DNA of 64,000 bases, from positions 3,872,001-3,936,000 of the forward strand of contig OZ242005.1 of the NCBI GenBank assembly GCA_965204725.1. The letters are read 5' to 3'. This DNA comes from Candidatus Latescibacterota bacterium (GTDB lineage: Bacteria; Latescibacterota; UBA2968; UBA8231). The notes beneath the pieces were generated by a model. That model made no database searches. It saw only the letters and a list, made by a program, of their open reading frames with translations, and was not told the origin of the DNA. Below are positions 49,647 to 60,070 of this stretch, piece after piece. Numbering within the stretch: position 1 is the stretch's first letter; every line of letters begins with the position of its first letter. The translations under genes and the position numbers were made by a program.

Positions 49647-51031
49647 TCGCTTTCGCCGAGGACCGCACCATTCGCCGCTACTTGCTCCTATACGCGATTT
49701 TCGTCGGCTGTAGTTCCGACGGCCCAGGGCCGGTCCAAACGACCGGGCACGAGGCAGACTCGACTTGGGATCTCATCCAAACGAAAATTTTCGCCGGCCA
49801 ATGCGTTAGCTGCCACACGGCCGGGTCCTCGTTTGGCCGTCAGTCCGGGCTCGTGCTCACTCCAGACGTGGCCTACGAACAGCTCGTGGGGGCCGCTCCG
49901 ACGAACGCGGCCGCGCGGGCCGACGGGCTGCTGCGGGTCAGCGACCTCGGGGCGGGCATGCCCGGCCTCCTCAAAAGCTATTTGTGGGAGAAGATCAACG
50001 CGCCCGACCAGCAGCACTTCTACGGCGACCATCCTTACTACGGGGAGATAATGCCCTTTGGCGGCAAGCCGCTGACCAACGGCGAGTTGGCTTTTATCCG
50101 CGCTTGGATCGAGGCGGGCGCACCGGAGACGGGTCACGTGGCCGACGTAGCCCTGTTGGAGGACGAGTCGCGCTACGAGGTGCCGGAGTTCAAGCCCTTG
50201 TCCGAGCCGGAAAACGGCGTCCAGCTACACTTGCCGCCTTTTGAGATCCAGCCCAACTCCGAGCGCGAGATCTTTGTAGTCCATCCGCTGAACAACCCAG
50301 ACGATGTATTCCTAGAGCGCGTCCAGATCGCCATGAAGGCTGGCTCGCACCACTTCCTACTCTACACCTTTGAAGACGACATACCCCCGGCGGTCCTACC
50401 GGAACCCTACGAATACCGCGACTTGCACGACGGCGCCGGCCAGTACGTCTTTGAAACCTTGCGCACGCAACTTTACCACCTGCCAATCGCCGGCAGCCAA
50501 TGGCCTTTCTTCGATTTTTCCCTGCCGCCCGGCGTGGCCATGCGGCTGCCCAAAAACACCCTGCTCGACCTCAACTCGCACTATGTCAATCGCACCAGTC
50601 AGCCCGTTACCGGCGAGGTCTATACCAACTTGCACTTTGCCGACCCATCGGCGGTAGAGCACGAGGCGCGTCTTCTTTCTTTGAACAATTTTTCGATCTC
50701 CTTGCCGGCCGAGAAGGTAACGACCCTAGAGAAGGATTTTATCTTCTCCGAGCGGACCCACATTGTGCAGCTCGTCTCACACGCTCATCGGCTCATGGTA
50801 GAATTTCGGGCCGAAATGATCGGGGGCGCGCACGATGGCGAGCTGATCTACGTCGCTTACGACTGGGAACACCCGCCGATTCTGAGGTTCGACCCGCCGC
50901 TCGTCCTAGAGCGAGGAGAGGGCTTCCGCTTGGAAACGACCTACGACAACTGGACCGACCAAGAGGTCAATTTCGGTTTGTTGTCAACGGACGAGATGAT
51001 GATTCTCTTTGGGATGTACTACGAGGAATAA
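49643..51031 (+). CDS. Lipoprotein: c-type haem + copper type II monooxygenase-like domain
   Basis: FVGC lipobox; CVSCH, MP, I.AWI..GA; GSHH, NSHY, SHAH, DWEHP, DEM; TTG start overlaps upstream stop. Confidence 0.78.
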   Translation: MIAFAEDRTIRRYLLLYAIFVGCSSDGPGPVQTTGHEADSTWDLIQTKIFAGQCVSCHTAGSSFGRQSGLVLTPDVAYEQLVGAAPTNAAARADGLLRVSDLGAGMPGLLKSYLWEKINAPDQQHFYGDHPYYGEIMPFGGKPLTNGELAFIRAWIEAGAPETGHVADVALLEDESRYEVPEFKPLSEPENGVQLHLPPFEIQPNSEREIFVVHPLNNPDDVFLERVQIAMKAGSHHFLLYTFEDDIPPAVLPEPYEYRDLHDGAGQYVFETLRTQLYHLPIAGSQWPFFDFSLPPGVAMRLPKNTLLDLNSHYVNRTSQPVTGEVYTNLHFADPSAVEHEARLLSLNNFSISLPAEKVTTLEKDFIFSERTHIVQLVSHAHRLMVEFRAEMIGGAHDGELIYVAYDWEHPPILRFDPPLVLERGEGFRLETTYDNWTDQEVNFGLLSTDEMMILFGMYYEE

Positions 51032-51057
51032 CGAATATCAGACGCCGCAAGGGACGC

Positions 51058-51107
51058 AAAAAAGGCGCGAAGAGCACGCATTTCCCGTGCTTCGCGCCTT
51101 TTTTTTC
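51058..51107. terminator. Bidirectional rho-independent terminator
   Basis: AAAAAAGGCGCGAAG(A)GCACG-loop-CGTGCTTCGCGCCTTTTTTTT between convergent genes. Confidence 0.85.
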
Positions 51108-51121
51108 GGCTAGGACAGCGG

Positions 51122-51775
51122 TTAGTACATGTGCGGCTGCACGGCGAGGGCGAGCGACGCTTCAATATCCCATATAGCCTTTATCACCTCTTGGCCAATC
51201 AAGTCTAGCTTGCGCACCTGTTCGATGCGCCCGGTCGCCCGGGCTAGCTCGCGGTTGGCCAAGAGCTTTTCAAAAATTCCACAGGCATCCGCCAAGCAGA
51301 TAATGACCACGTCGCGGGGGTCGGGAATTTTCTCGCTGAACAGCACCTCCATGATGCGCAGCTTGACCTCTAGCTCGGCCTTGCCATCGATGGCCGGATA
51401 GCGCCGCGAGCGAAAGACCCACAGGAAGCGCTCGTCCTCGCGCGCGAGAATGCCTTTTTGCACCAACCGGCGGAGCGCGCCCTCGCGGATGTCGCCGGCG
51501 CGCTCGGCCGCGCACTCTAGCCAGTAGCGGGTATCGTGCGTCTCGGTCGCCACGGCAATCTCGTTTAGCATCGGGTCGAGCAGGCTATCTTGCAGGGGGG
51601 TGCTATCGACGAGAATCAGCTTGTCCAGATCGGTGTCTATGCGGTCTTCGAGCGCCAACTCCATCAGGACCCCGCCGCCCAAGGCGTACCGCACCAACCG
51701 GTCGGGCACTCGGACAAAGCTCCCATCTTCATCGTCGAGCAAAAGAAGCATGATTTCTTCGGCGAATCTCAGCAT
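51122..51775 (-). CDS. GPP34/GOLPH3-family protein
   Basis: L..AEE..LL.LDD..G, L.ELAL..RI, L...GIL......FLW.F..RRYP. Confidence 0.88.
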   Translation of the reverse strand: MLRFAEEIMLLLLDDEDGSFVRVPDRLVRYALGGGVLMELALEDRIDTDLDKLILVDSTPLQDSLLDPMLNEIAVATETHDTRYWLECAAERAGDIREGALRRLVQKGILAREDERFLWVFRSRRYPAIDGKAELEVKLRIMEVLFSEKIPDPRDVVIICLADACGIFEKLLANRELARATGRIEQVRKLDLIGQEVIKAIWDIEASLALAVQPHMY

Positions 51776-51820
51776 ATCTTTCCCTTTAGGCTCGGTGTTA
51801 TGGTTTCCCCTCTCCCGCGT

Positions 51821-52636
51821 TTATTCTGCGGCAGAGCCGGTTTCACTGCTGCGGCGACGCAGCCATTCCACTGTAAACAGAACCAAGATGGCAAACGCGA
51901 TGAGAAAGGTCGCCACCGCTAGGATGGTGGGGCTGATTTGCTCGCGAATGCCCGCCCACATCTGCCGCGGGATGGTTCGCTGCTCCAAGCCGCCCATAAA
52001 CAGAACCACCACGACCTCGTCGAAGGAGGCGGCAAAGGCGAACAACCCCCCAGACGCTACCCCGGGTGCGATGAGCGGCAACTGCACGCGCCAGAAGCCG
52101 CGCAGCGGACCCGCGCCGAGGCTGGCCGCGGCCCGCATCAAGTTCTGGTCGAAACCCGACAACGTGGCGGTTACGGTAATCACCACAAACGGGATCCCGA
52201 GCACGGCATGGGCGAGGATGATGCCGAGGTGGGTTTGCGCCAACCCGAGGCTGGAGTAAAAGAAGAACATGCCCACCGCGGAGATGATGACCGGCGTAAT
52301 CAGCGGCGAGATCAACAGCCCCATCGCAGTCTTCCGAGCGGGCATGGCCGAATTCGCCAGCCCGAGGGCCGCAAGGGTGCCGAGCGAGGTCGCGAGCAGG
52401 GTCGCCGAGACGCCTATAACCAAGCTGTTGACTAAGGCGCGGGCCCAAGCGCCGTCTTCGACGATGCTGCGGTACCAACGCAGCGAATACGCCTCCGGGT
52501 CGAGACGCAGCATGCCCTCGGTAAACGTGAAGTACGGCTCGGCGTTGAAGCTGAGTGGCACGATCACCAAAATCGGCGCGACCAAGAAGACAAACACCGC
52601 CGTGCAAAACGCGAGATAGATCCATCGCCCAAACAT
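51821..52636 (-). CDS. potC: Polyamine-type ABC transporter permease (PotC-like)
   Basis: SLRWY, NSL, AA.SLGA EAA loop, SFDE. Confidence 0.88.
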   Translation of the reverse strand: MFGRWIYLAFCTAVFVFLVAPILVIVPLSFNAEPYFTFTEGMLRLDPEAYSLRWYRSIVEDGAWARALVNSLVIGVSATLLATSLGTLAALGLANSAMPARKTAMGLLISPLITPVIISAVGMFFFYSSLGLAQTHLGIILAHAVLGIPFVVITVTATLSGFDQNLMRAAASLGAGPLRGFWRVQLPLIAPGVASGGLFAFAASFDEVVVVLFMGGLEQRTIPRQMWAGIREQISPTILAVATFLIAFAILVLFTVEWLRRRSSETGSAAE

Positions 52637-53859
52637 CAGCCCAGCCTCATGCGGTTGATGCCCACCACGCGGTCGTAGAGCACGTACAGCGCGATGACGC
52701 CCACGAGCAGGATGAAGGCGAGCGCTGCGGCCAGCCCCCAGTTGAGCGAGGTCTGCATGTGATAGGCGATCATGTTGGAGATGAGCTGCCCCTTGCTTCC
52801 ACCGACTAGGGCCGGCGTGATGTAGTAGCCAATGGCGAGGATGAACACCATGAGCAATCCAGCCCCGACGCCGGGCAGAGTCTGCGGCCAATAGACTCGC
52901 CAAAACGCCTGAAAGGGGGGCGCGCCGAGGGAAGCCGCGGCCTGTAAGTGCGACGGCGGTATCGAACGCATTACCGAGTACAGCGGCAGGATCATGAAGG
53001 GCAGCAGGACGTGGGTCATCGCCACAAACGTGCCGGTCATGTTGTATATCATGGCGATGCGGCCGTCGTCCGCGACCAGTCCGATCGCCACCAAGACGTT
53101 GTTGATTACGCCCTGAGTCTGGAGCAGCACGATCCAAGCCGTCGTCCGCACCAGCAGAGAGGTCCAAAACGGCACCAACACCAGCAACAACAGCAGGTTG
53201 GCGCGGCGCGGCGGCGCGTGGGCTATTAGGTGGGCCACCGGGTAGCCAATGGCCAAGCACAGCGCGGAAATGCCAAAACTAATGGCCAGCGTCCGCCACA
53301 AAAGCGGCAGGTAAATGCGGCGTTCCTCTGGCTGCCGGACGAGGTCGCCATCGGGTGCGCGCACCAGATCGAGCGCATTGATGTAGTAGCGGAGCGTGAA
53401 CCGCTCGCCCGTGGTGCGAATCGCCAACCACACATCCGGCTCGCCCCAAGCGGCGTCAATGCCGATCAGGGTCTCGCGCCAAGAATCGCCGCTGGCGGTG
53501 CGCAACTTGCGCACACTGCGCGTGACCACGCTGCGCAAGCCGCTCTTGATGCGGTTGACGCGGGTGGCAATTTGGCCGAGGGTGCGATCCTCCCGCGCTT
53601 GCAACAACTCGCGGGCGGCCGCTGCATACACCGGCTCTGCTGGGGTGCTGGTCCCGTCCCATTCGCGCAACAGGGCGAGCGTTTCCGGCAGCTTATCCGC
53701 GACTAGCGGGTCATGCACGCTGCGCACGAGCAACATGCCGAGGGGCGCGACAAAGGTCGCCAAGACAAAGGCGATCAGCGGCAGGGCCAGCCCGGCCGCT
53801 CGCCGCCGCTGCCGCGCCTGTGCATCTGCAATCGTCTGGGTTCTTATTTGATCAACCAC
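52636..53859 (-). CDS. potB: Polyamine-type ABC transporter permease (PotB-like) with periplasmic insertion
   Basis: GYP.A, PFWTS.LVR..AW, LPFMILPLY, AA.SLGA, GYYITP.L.GG. Confidence 0.88.
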   Translation of the reverse strand: MVDQIRTQTIADAQARQRRRAAGLALPLIAFVLATFVAPLGMLLVRSVHDPLVADKLPETLALLREWDGTSTPAEPVYAAAARELLQAREDRTLGQIATRVNRIKSGLRSVVTRSVRKLRTASGDSWRETLIGIDAAWGEPDVWLAIRTTGERFTLRYYINALDLVRAPDGDLVRQPEERRIYLPLLWRTLAISFGISALCLAIGYPVAHLIAHAPPRRANLLLLLVLVPFWTSLLVRTTAWIVLLQTQGVINNVLVAIGLVADDGRIAMIYNMTGTFVAMTHVLLPFMILPLYSVMRSIPPSHLQAAASLGAPPFQAFWRVYWPQTLPGVGAGLLMVFILAIGYYITPALVGGSKGQLISNMIAYHMQTSLNWGLAAALAFILLVGVIALYVLYDRVVGINRMRLG

Positions 53860-53862
53860 TTG

Positions 53863-54987
53863 TTAGTGAATCCCCTCGTCGTCCTCAGCATCGGGTTGCA
53901 GCGCCCGGCAGTCGAGCAAGGTCCAGCCCACGCGGATCTGATCGCCTTCCAATACCGCTCCGTGGCCCACGAGGTTGGGAATCTTGACGATGAAGCCCGA
54001 GTGGTCGCACAGCTTTAGGCGCAGGCGCAAGTGGTCGCCGATAAAGGTTATGTCCTCAATCTCGGCGTCAAATTCGTTGGCGTATGCGTGCGAGTGCCCG
54101 CTCTTGAGCGGGAGCTTCACGCGCTCCGGGCGCACGACGACCGTCGTGGCAGCCCCCGGCGGGCATTGCCCCAAGCTCACGGCCTTGATGATCGCACCGC
54201 CGACCTCCACTTCGCACACGCCATCGCCCACCGTGCGCACCACGCCGTTTAGGCGGTTGTTCTCGCCGATGAAGTGAGCCACAAAAGCGCGCTCTGGCTC
54301 TTCGTAGAGCATCTCTGGGGACGCAATTTGCTCGATCACGCCGCCGCGAAAGACGGCGACCCGATCCGACATGACCATAGCCTCCTGCTGATCGTGCGTG
54401 ACATAGACGACGGTGATGCCCAAGGTGCGCTGAATGCGGCGGATTTCGTATTGCATTTCCTCGCGCAATCGCCGGTCGAGCGCCCCGAGCGGCTCGTCCA
54501 TCAACACGAGCTCTGGGTCGAAGACCAAGGCGCGGGCGATTGCAACGCGCTGTTGCTGACCCCCGGATAGCTGCCCCGGACGACGATCCGCCAAGTCTTC
54601 GAGGCGCACCAAGCGCAGGGTGTGGGCGACCCGCTCTCGCCGCTCGCTGGGGTCCATGCCGCGCACTTCGAGCGGAAACGCCAAGTTGTCGCCGACCGTC
54701 ATGTGCGGAAAGAGCGCGTAGTTTTGGAATACAACGCCAATGCCGCGTTTGTGGGGCGGCAAATCGCCGACGGGTACGCCATTGATGTGAATGGAACCAG
54801 AAGCTAGGGTCTCAAACCCAGCGAGCATCATCAGGCAGGTCGTCTTGCCGGAGCCAGACGGCCCGAGCATGGTCAGAAATTCGCCCTTGAGCACGGTGAG
54901 GTCGAGGTCTCGCACGACCCAAGTGCGGCCATCGTAGCTTTTGCTGACGCCGGAGAATTCGACGTGGGGACTCGTGTCTGCGCTCAT
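53863..54987 (-). CDS. potA: Polyamine-type ABC transporter ATP-binding protein
   Basis: GPSGSGKT, FQNYALFPH, LSGGQQQR, DEPLGALD, TOBE tail. Confidence 0.9.
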   Translation of the reverse strand: MSADTSPHVEFSGVSKSYDGRTWVVRDLDLTVLKGEFLTMLGPSGSGKTTCLMMLAGFETLASGSIHINGVPVGDLPPHKRGIGVVFQNYALFPHMTVGDNLAFPLEVRGMDPSERRERVAHTLRLVRLEDLADRRPGQLSGGQQQRVAIARALVFDPELVLMDEPLGALDRRLREEMQYEIRRIQRTLGITVVYVTHDQQEAMVMSDRVAVFRGGVIEQIASPEMLYEEPERAFVAHFIGENNRLNGVVRTVGDGVCEVEVGGAIIKAVSLGQCPPGAATTVVVRPERVKLPLKSGHSHAYANEFDAEIEDITFIGDHLRLRLKLCDHSGFIVKIPNLVGHGAVLEGDQIRVGWTLLDCRALQPDAEDDEGIH

Positions 54988-54990
54988 CGT

Positions 54991-56622
54991 TCACCACCCT
55001 AGGGCAGCGCCGTCGCGGCGCGGGTCGGCCCCGCCCATAAAGGAACCCGTGGCGGCATCGACCATGATGCCTTGGCCGCCGCCGACTCCGGTTGACCAGT
55101 CGCCGAGAAAATTGAACTGGTGCCCGCGCCGCTCCAGCTCGGCAACGACCTCGCGGTCAATGCGGTTTTCCGCATCGACGACAAAGCCGGAGGAGCCGGT
55201 CTTGACGCGGGGGGCCTCAATGGCGGCTTGGACGTTCATCTGGTGATCGAGGATGTTCATAATCATCTGCGGCGTCGTCTGGAGAATGCCATAGCTCCCC
55301 GGGGTGCCGATGAGCAGCCGCAGGCCATCGGCGTCCCAAACTTGGGCCGGCGAAACGCACATCTCGTTTTTCTTGGCCGGGCCAATGACATTGGGGCTGG
55401 TAGGCTCGCGATCGAACCACCGCATGAAGTTGTTGAGTGCAATGCCGGTCTCTGGCACGACCATCGACGATCCAAAGCCGCCGCCCAAGCTCTGGGTGCA
55501 GGCGACCGCATTGCCCTCGGCGTCGATGGTGTCGAAGTGGGTCGTGCATTCGCTCATCCACGCGCGCGGGTCGCCCGCTGTGACCTGCTCAACCGGGCCG
55601 CCGGGCGAGAGGCGATCGCCCGCTGTGAACTGGGCCTCGTCGCCGATGAGTGCCCGCCGCTCGGCCGCGTACTCTTTGGAGAGCAAGCCCGCAGTCGGCG
55701 GGTCGGCAATGGCTGCGTAGGCAATGCGGTCGGCCATGGCCAGCTTGGTCGCCTCGATAAAGCGGTGCAAGGTCGGGGCGGTGTTGTGGCCGAGGGCCGC
55801 CACGTCAAAGCCCTCCATAATGGCCAGCGTCTCTAAGTACTGGACGGCTTGGCAGGGCGGCGGCGGCGCAAAGACCTCATAGCCGCGATAGTTGGTGGCG
55901 ATTGGATCGACGAAGGCCGGGGTAAAGTCGGCGAGATCGTCTTTGGTAAGTAGGCCGCCGGTCTCGGCCATATAGCGGACGATGCGGTCGGCAATCGCGC
56001 CCTTGTAAAAGGCCGCCGCGCCCTCGGCCGCGACTTGGCGGAAGGTCTCGGCGAGGGCCTTTTGCACGACCACTTCCCCGGGCTTGGGGGCCGCGCCGTT
56101 GAGCAGGTAGGTGTCGGCGCCGGTCTTGAAGCGACGCAGGCTCGCGACCGCACCACCGTAGAAGTAGGCGTTCTTGACCGTGAGAGCGTAGCCCTGCTCG
56201 GCGTATTCAATGGCCGGTGCGAAGACGCGGGCGGCTTCCACTGAGCCGTAGCGCTCCAGCGCGGCCAGCCAACCGCCGCAAGCACCCGGCACCAGCGGCG
56301 ACAGCGGGCCGAGCACCTGCTTGTCCTTGTCGTACAAGCTCAGGGTGGCCGCCCGCGGGGTGAGGCCGACGTAATCGACGATCTTGTGCTCTTTTTCGCG
56401 GGCGCTGTAGATGTGTAGATAGCCAACGCCGCCAATGCCCGACATGTACGGCTCGACCACGTTGAGCGCCGCGGCCGTGGCAATGGCTGCGTCGATGGCA
56501 TTGCCGCCCTCCATTAGGAGGCGCATGCCGGCGAGAGAAGCGAGAGGATGGGCCGAGGCGATCATGCCGCGGCGGCCCGTAGCGGTGCTGCGGTGCGTGG
56601 TGCCTTTGGCAGAAAAGGGCAT
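54991..56622 (-). CDS. ggt: Gamma-glutamyltransferase
   Basis: [24 protein letters not shown] nucleophile Thr, [11 protein letters not shown]. Confidence 0.93.
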   Translation of the reverse strand: MPFSAKGTTHRSTATGRRGMIASAHPLASLAGMRLLMEGGNAIDAAIATAAALNVVEPYMSGIGGVGYLHIYSAREKEHKIVDYVGLTPRAATLSLYDKDKQVLGPLSPLVPGACGGWLAALERYGSVEAARVFAPAIEYAEQGYALTVKNAYFYGGAVASLRRFKTGADTYLLNGAAPKPGEVVVQKALAETFRQVAAEGAAAFYKGAIADRIVRYMAETGGLLTKDDLADFTPAFVDPIATNYRGYEVFAPPPPCQAVQYLETLAIMEGFDVAALGHNTAPTLHRFIEATKLAMADRIAYAAIADPPTAGLLSKEYAAERRALIGDEAQFTAGDRLSPGGPVEQVTAGDPRAWMSECTTHFDTIDAEGNAVACTQSLGGGFGSSMVVPETGIALNNFMRWFDREPTSPNVIGPAKKNEMCVSPAQVWDADGLRLLIGTPGSYGILQTTPQMIMNILDHQMNVQAAIEAPRVKTGSSGFVVDAENRIDREVVAELERRGHQFNFLGDWSTGVGGGQGIMVDAATGSFMGGADPRRDGAALGW

Positions 56623-56716
56623 TGGACGCAACTCCTTGCGATTTGTAAATTTGCGACCACTTAACCGCCTAAAATAGAGCGGGTAAATTACAGCGTCAAT
56701 GAGGAGCGTACTTCTT

Positions 56717-57754
56717 ATGAGCGACAAAACAATAGACCTGCGCAGCGACACGATCACCCTGCCGACCGAGGCCATGCGGGAGGCCATGGCCAGTGCGCCG
56801 TTGGGCGACGATGTGTACGGCGAAGACCCAACGGTCAACCGCCTGCAAGAATTGGCCGCCGAAAAAGTGGGCATGGAAGCCGCGCTCTACGTGCCCTCGG
56901 GGACGATGGGCAATGCCTGCGCCCTGATGACCCACACCCACTGGGGGGACGAGGTGCTCTTTGAGGAACAGGCGCACCTATACTACTGGGAGGCCGGAAC
57001 CTATGCCGCGCTGGCCGGCTTGGCCGTGCGCACTGTTGAGGGCGAGCACGGCATCATCACCGGCGACCAAGTGCGCGAGGCCATCCGCGCCGACAACCCG
57101 CACTTCGCTCCGCTCAAGGTCGTCTGCATTGAGAACACCCACAACAATCACGCCGGCCAAGCTTGGTCGGTCGCTGAGGTGGCCGCCGTGGGTGCCGCCT
57201 GCCGCGAACACGGGCTGAAACTCCACGTAGATGGAGCGCGCATCTTCAACGCCGCCATAGCCACCGGGACGCAGGTCCCAGCATTTACTCAGCACGTTGA
57301 CTCCGTGATGTTTTGCGTCTCCAAGGGGCTGAGTGCGCCGGTCGGCTCGCTGCTGTGCGGCAGCAAGGACTTTATCGAGCGGGCCTATCGGATGCGCAAG
57401 CGGCTCGGGGGGGCCATGCGCCAAGCCGGCGTCGCGGCCGCGGCCGGCATCGTGGCCTTAGAGCAGATGGTCGATCGGCTGGCCGAGGATCACGCGGTGG
57501 CGCGGGAGCTGGCCGCGGGCTTGGGAGCGATTGAGGGCGTTGAGGTGATTTTTCCGCCGCGACCGACCAACATACTCAAGGTGGATTTTGCGGCCTTGGG
57601 GTGGTCGGCGGCCGATCTGGTCGCTCAGTGGAAGGCGCGGGGCGTGTTGTGCAATCCGCGCCCGCCGCACGGAGCGCGGCTCGTGGCGAATCGGCACGTC
57701 GGGCTAGAGGACGTCCAGTACGTGGTGGAGGCGACCCGGGCAATGATCGGGTAG
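56717..57754 (+). CDS. ltaE: Low-specificity L-threonine aldolase
   Basis: [40 protein letters not shown]. Confidence 0.95.
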   Translation: MSDKTIDLRSDTITLPTEAMREAMASAPLGDDVYGEDPTVNRLQELAAEKVGMEAALYVPSGTMGNACALMTHTHWGDEVLFEEQAHLYYWEAGTYAALAGLAVRTVEGEHGIITGDQVREAIRADNPHFAPLKVVCIENTHNNHAGQAWSVAEVAAVGAACREHGLKLHVDGARIFNAAIATGTQVPAFTQHVDSVMFCVSKGLSAPVGSLLCGSKDFIERAYRMRKRLGGAMRQAGVAAAAGIVALEQMVDRLAEDHAVARELAAGLGAIEGVEVIFPPRPTNILKVDFAALGWSAADLVAQWKARGVLCNPRPPHGARLVANRHVGLEDVQYVVEATRAMIG

Positions 57755-57766
57755 GGGGCGGGCTGC

Positions 57767-60070
57767 TTGGCTCGTCTTTCGTCTATAGCCCCGTGCGCTT
57801 GCCTCCTTATCGCGACCCTTGCCGGAGGGGATGCGCTGAAGAACGCAGATGGCTCGTGGAAATACAGCAATCATCTGGTGGGAGAGACGAGCCCGTACTT
57901 ATTGCTACACGCGCACAATCCGGTCGAGTGGTATCCTTGGGGCGAGGAAGCCCTAGCGAGAGCCGAGGCCGAGGACAAGCCGATCTTTCTGTCGGTCGGC
58001 TACTCGACCTGCCATTGGTGCCACGTAATGGAGCGGCGAGTCTTTTCCGACCCCGCGATCGCGGCGCAGATGAACGCCAGCTTTATCAACATCAAGGTCG
58101 ATCGGGAGGAGCGGCCCGACATCGACCGGATTTACATGCTGGCGACCCAGTTGACTACCCGGCACGGCGGCTGGCCTAATTCGGTGTTTTTGACGCCAAG
58201 CCAAGAGCCGTTTTTTGCCGGCACTTACTTTCCGCCCAGTCCCCTGCCCGGGCGGCCTTCCTTTCCCCAAGTCTTGGACTTCACGCGCCGGCGCTGGCAC
58301 GACCAGCGCGCGCAGGTGCTCCAAATTGCGGGCCGCTTGACCGCGGCCATTCGCGACTTGGAATCCGGGCCGGAGACAGCGGCCGCGCCGCCCGATTCCT
58401 TGCTCGTAGCCCAAGTACTAGCCGCTATTCAGGTGCGCTACGACGCGATCAACGGCGGCTTCGGGGGCGCACCCAAATTTCCCCCGAGCTTGCGCTTGGA
58501 GCTGCTGATGGCCAAGGCCGAGCGCTTTGCCGATCCCTCAGTACAGCGCATCGTCTTGCACTCGCTGGAGCGGATGGCCGCGGGCGGCATCTACGACCAA
58601 ATCGGCGGGGGCTTTCACCGCTACGCCACGGATGCCGAGTGGCGAGTGCCGCACTTTGAGAAGATGCTCTACAATCAAGCTCATTTGTCGCGGCTATACG
58701 TGCGGGCGTACGAATTGACGGGCGACGAGCGGTGGCGGTGGGTGGCAGAGGATATTTTTCGCTTTGTCGCTCGGGAGATGACCGGGCCGGCGGGGGCTTT
58801 TTACTCGGCACTGGACGCCGAAACTGAGGCCGAAGAGGGCAAGTACTACCTGTGGACAGCGAGGGACTTGGAGCGCACGTTGGGGCGCGAGGCCGAATTG
58901 TTTTGGGATGGCTATGGATTGGCCTCCATGCCCGAGGGCGAGGGGGGCGTCCTCTACGCGCAAACGCCGCTGCCCGAGGCCGAGCTGCGGGATCGGCTGA
59001 CGCCCGTGCGGCAGCGCGTCCTAGCAGCGCGGGCTGAGCGGCCCTATCCCCTCCTCGACGACAAGGTGCTGGCCGCTTGGAACGGGATGATGATCGAGGC
59101 GTACGCCCGCGGGTTCGCGGTTTTGGGCGATTCCCTCTATCGCCGGGCCGCTGAGCGGGCGGCCGATTTCGCGCTCAAGCACCTGCGGCGCGCAGACGGG
59201 GGGTTGTGGCGGGTCCATCGGCTGGGCATTTCGCAGCAGGTGGCTTACCTAGACGACTATGCGTTTTTGGTGTGCGGACTGACGGCCTTGTACCGGGCCA
59301 CTGGCGAGGGGCGGTGGTTGCAGGCTGCCCGCGAGCTAAGTGCCGAAATGGTAGGCCGGTTTTGGGACGAAGCGGCTGGGGGGTTTTTCTTTACCGAAGC
59401 GAGCAACGCGCTCATCGTGCGGAGCAAGTTCGCCCAAGACTCGGCCCTGCCTTCGGGCAACGCGGTGGCGGCCCACGCGCTGTTGGATTTGGCCGAGTTG
59501 ACCGGCCAAGCGCACTACCGCAGCCGGGCCGCGCAAATCCTATCCGCTTTTGGCGGAGCTATGCGGGCGCGGCCTTCGGCCTCGGTACATTTAGCCGCGG
59601 CGGCCGAGCACCACCTGCAAACGGCGCTGTCCGCCGCCGCCTCAGCCGACACCCCAGCGGATTCGCTCGTCTCCATGCGGGTCGAACTGTCCGTGCAACG
59701 GCCAGTGGCGGGCGAGGCTTTTGTCGCGGCCGTGCAGCTAAACATCCGTCCGGGCTGGCATATCAACGCCAACCCGGCCTCGGGCGACTTGCTCATTCCC
59801 ACCTCCCTGACGCTCAATGCAGACTGGCCGTTGGACTTTGCCCGCGTGCGCTATCCCACCGGCCGAGCGCGGGCCTTTCCGGCCCTAGGAGAGACGCTCG
59901 CGGTGTACGAGGATCAGGTCGCGCTGTGGGCGGATTTGTCGCTGCCCCCAGCAGCGGCCGGGACAGCGGGCTATTTGCGTTTCCTAGTCCAATATCAGGC
60001 CTGCGACGAGACCCGGTGCCTCCCGCCGACCGAGTTGAGCCAGCGCGTCCGAGTGACCGTGGCCCCGTGA
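57767..60070 (+). CDS. YyaL/SPATA20-like thioredoxin + alpha/alpha-barrel protein fused to DsbD-N-like domain
   Basis: [37 protein letters not shown]; C-terminal GWHINANP...YQAC....C.PP. Confidence 0.9.
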   Translation: MARLSSIAPCACLLIATLAGGDALKNADGSWKYSNHLVGETSPYLLLHAHNPVEWYPWGEEALARAEAEDKPIFLSVGYSTCHWCHVMERRVFSDPAIAAQMNASFINIKVDREERPDIDRIYMLATQLTTRHGGWPNSVFLTPSQEPFFAGTYFPPSPLPGRPSFPQVLDFTRRRWHDQRAQVLQIAGRLTAAIRDLESGPETAAAPPDSLLVAQVLAAIQVRYDAINGGFGGAPKFPPSLRLELLMAKAERFADPSVQRIVLHSLERMAAGGIYDQIGGGFHRYATDAEWRVPHFEKMLYNQAHLSRLYVRAYELTGDERWRWVAEDIFRFVAREMTGPAGAFYSALDAETEAEEGKYYLWTARDLERTLGREAELFWDGYGLASMPEGEGGVLYAQTPLPEAELRDRLTPVRQRVLAARAERPYPLLDDKVLAAWNGMMIEAYARGFAVLGDSLYRRAAERAADFALKHLRRADGGLWRVHRLGISQQVAYLDDYAFLVCGLTALYRATGEGRWLQAARELSAEMVGRFWDEAAGGFFFTEASNALIVRSKFAQDSALPSGNAVAAHALLDLAELTGQAHYRSRAAQILSAFGGAMRARPSASVHLAAAAEHHLQTALSAAASADTPADSLVSMRVELSVQRPVAGEAFVAAVQLNIRPGWHINANPASGDLLIPTSLTLNADWPLDFARVRYPTGRARAFPALGETLAVYEDQVALWADLSLPPAAAGTAGYLRFLVQYQACDETRCLPPTELSQRVRVTVAP

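Noticed and set aside
59206-60066. 962-aa extended acyl-CoA synthetase ORF
   Set aside because: The extension overlaps the YyaL-like gene in another frame; GTG at 60067 overlapping the upstream stop is the plausible start
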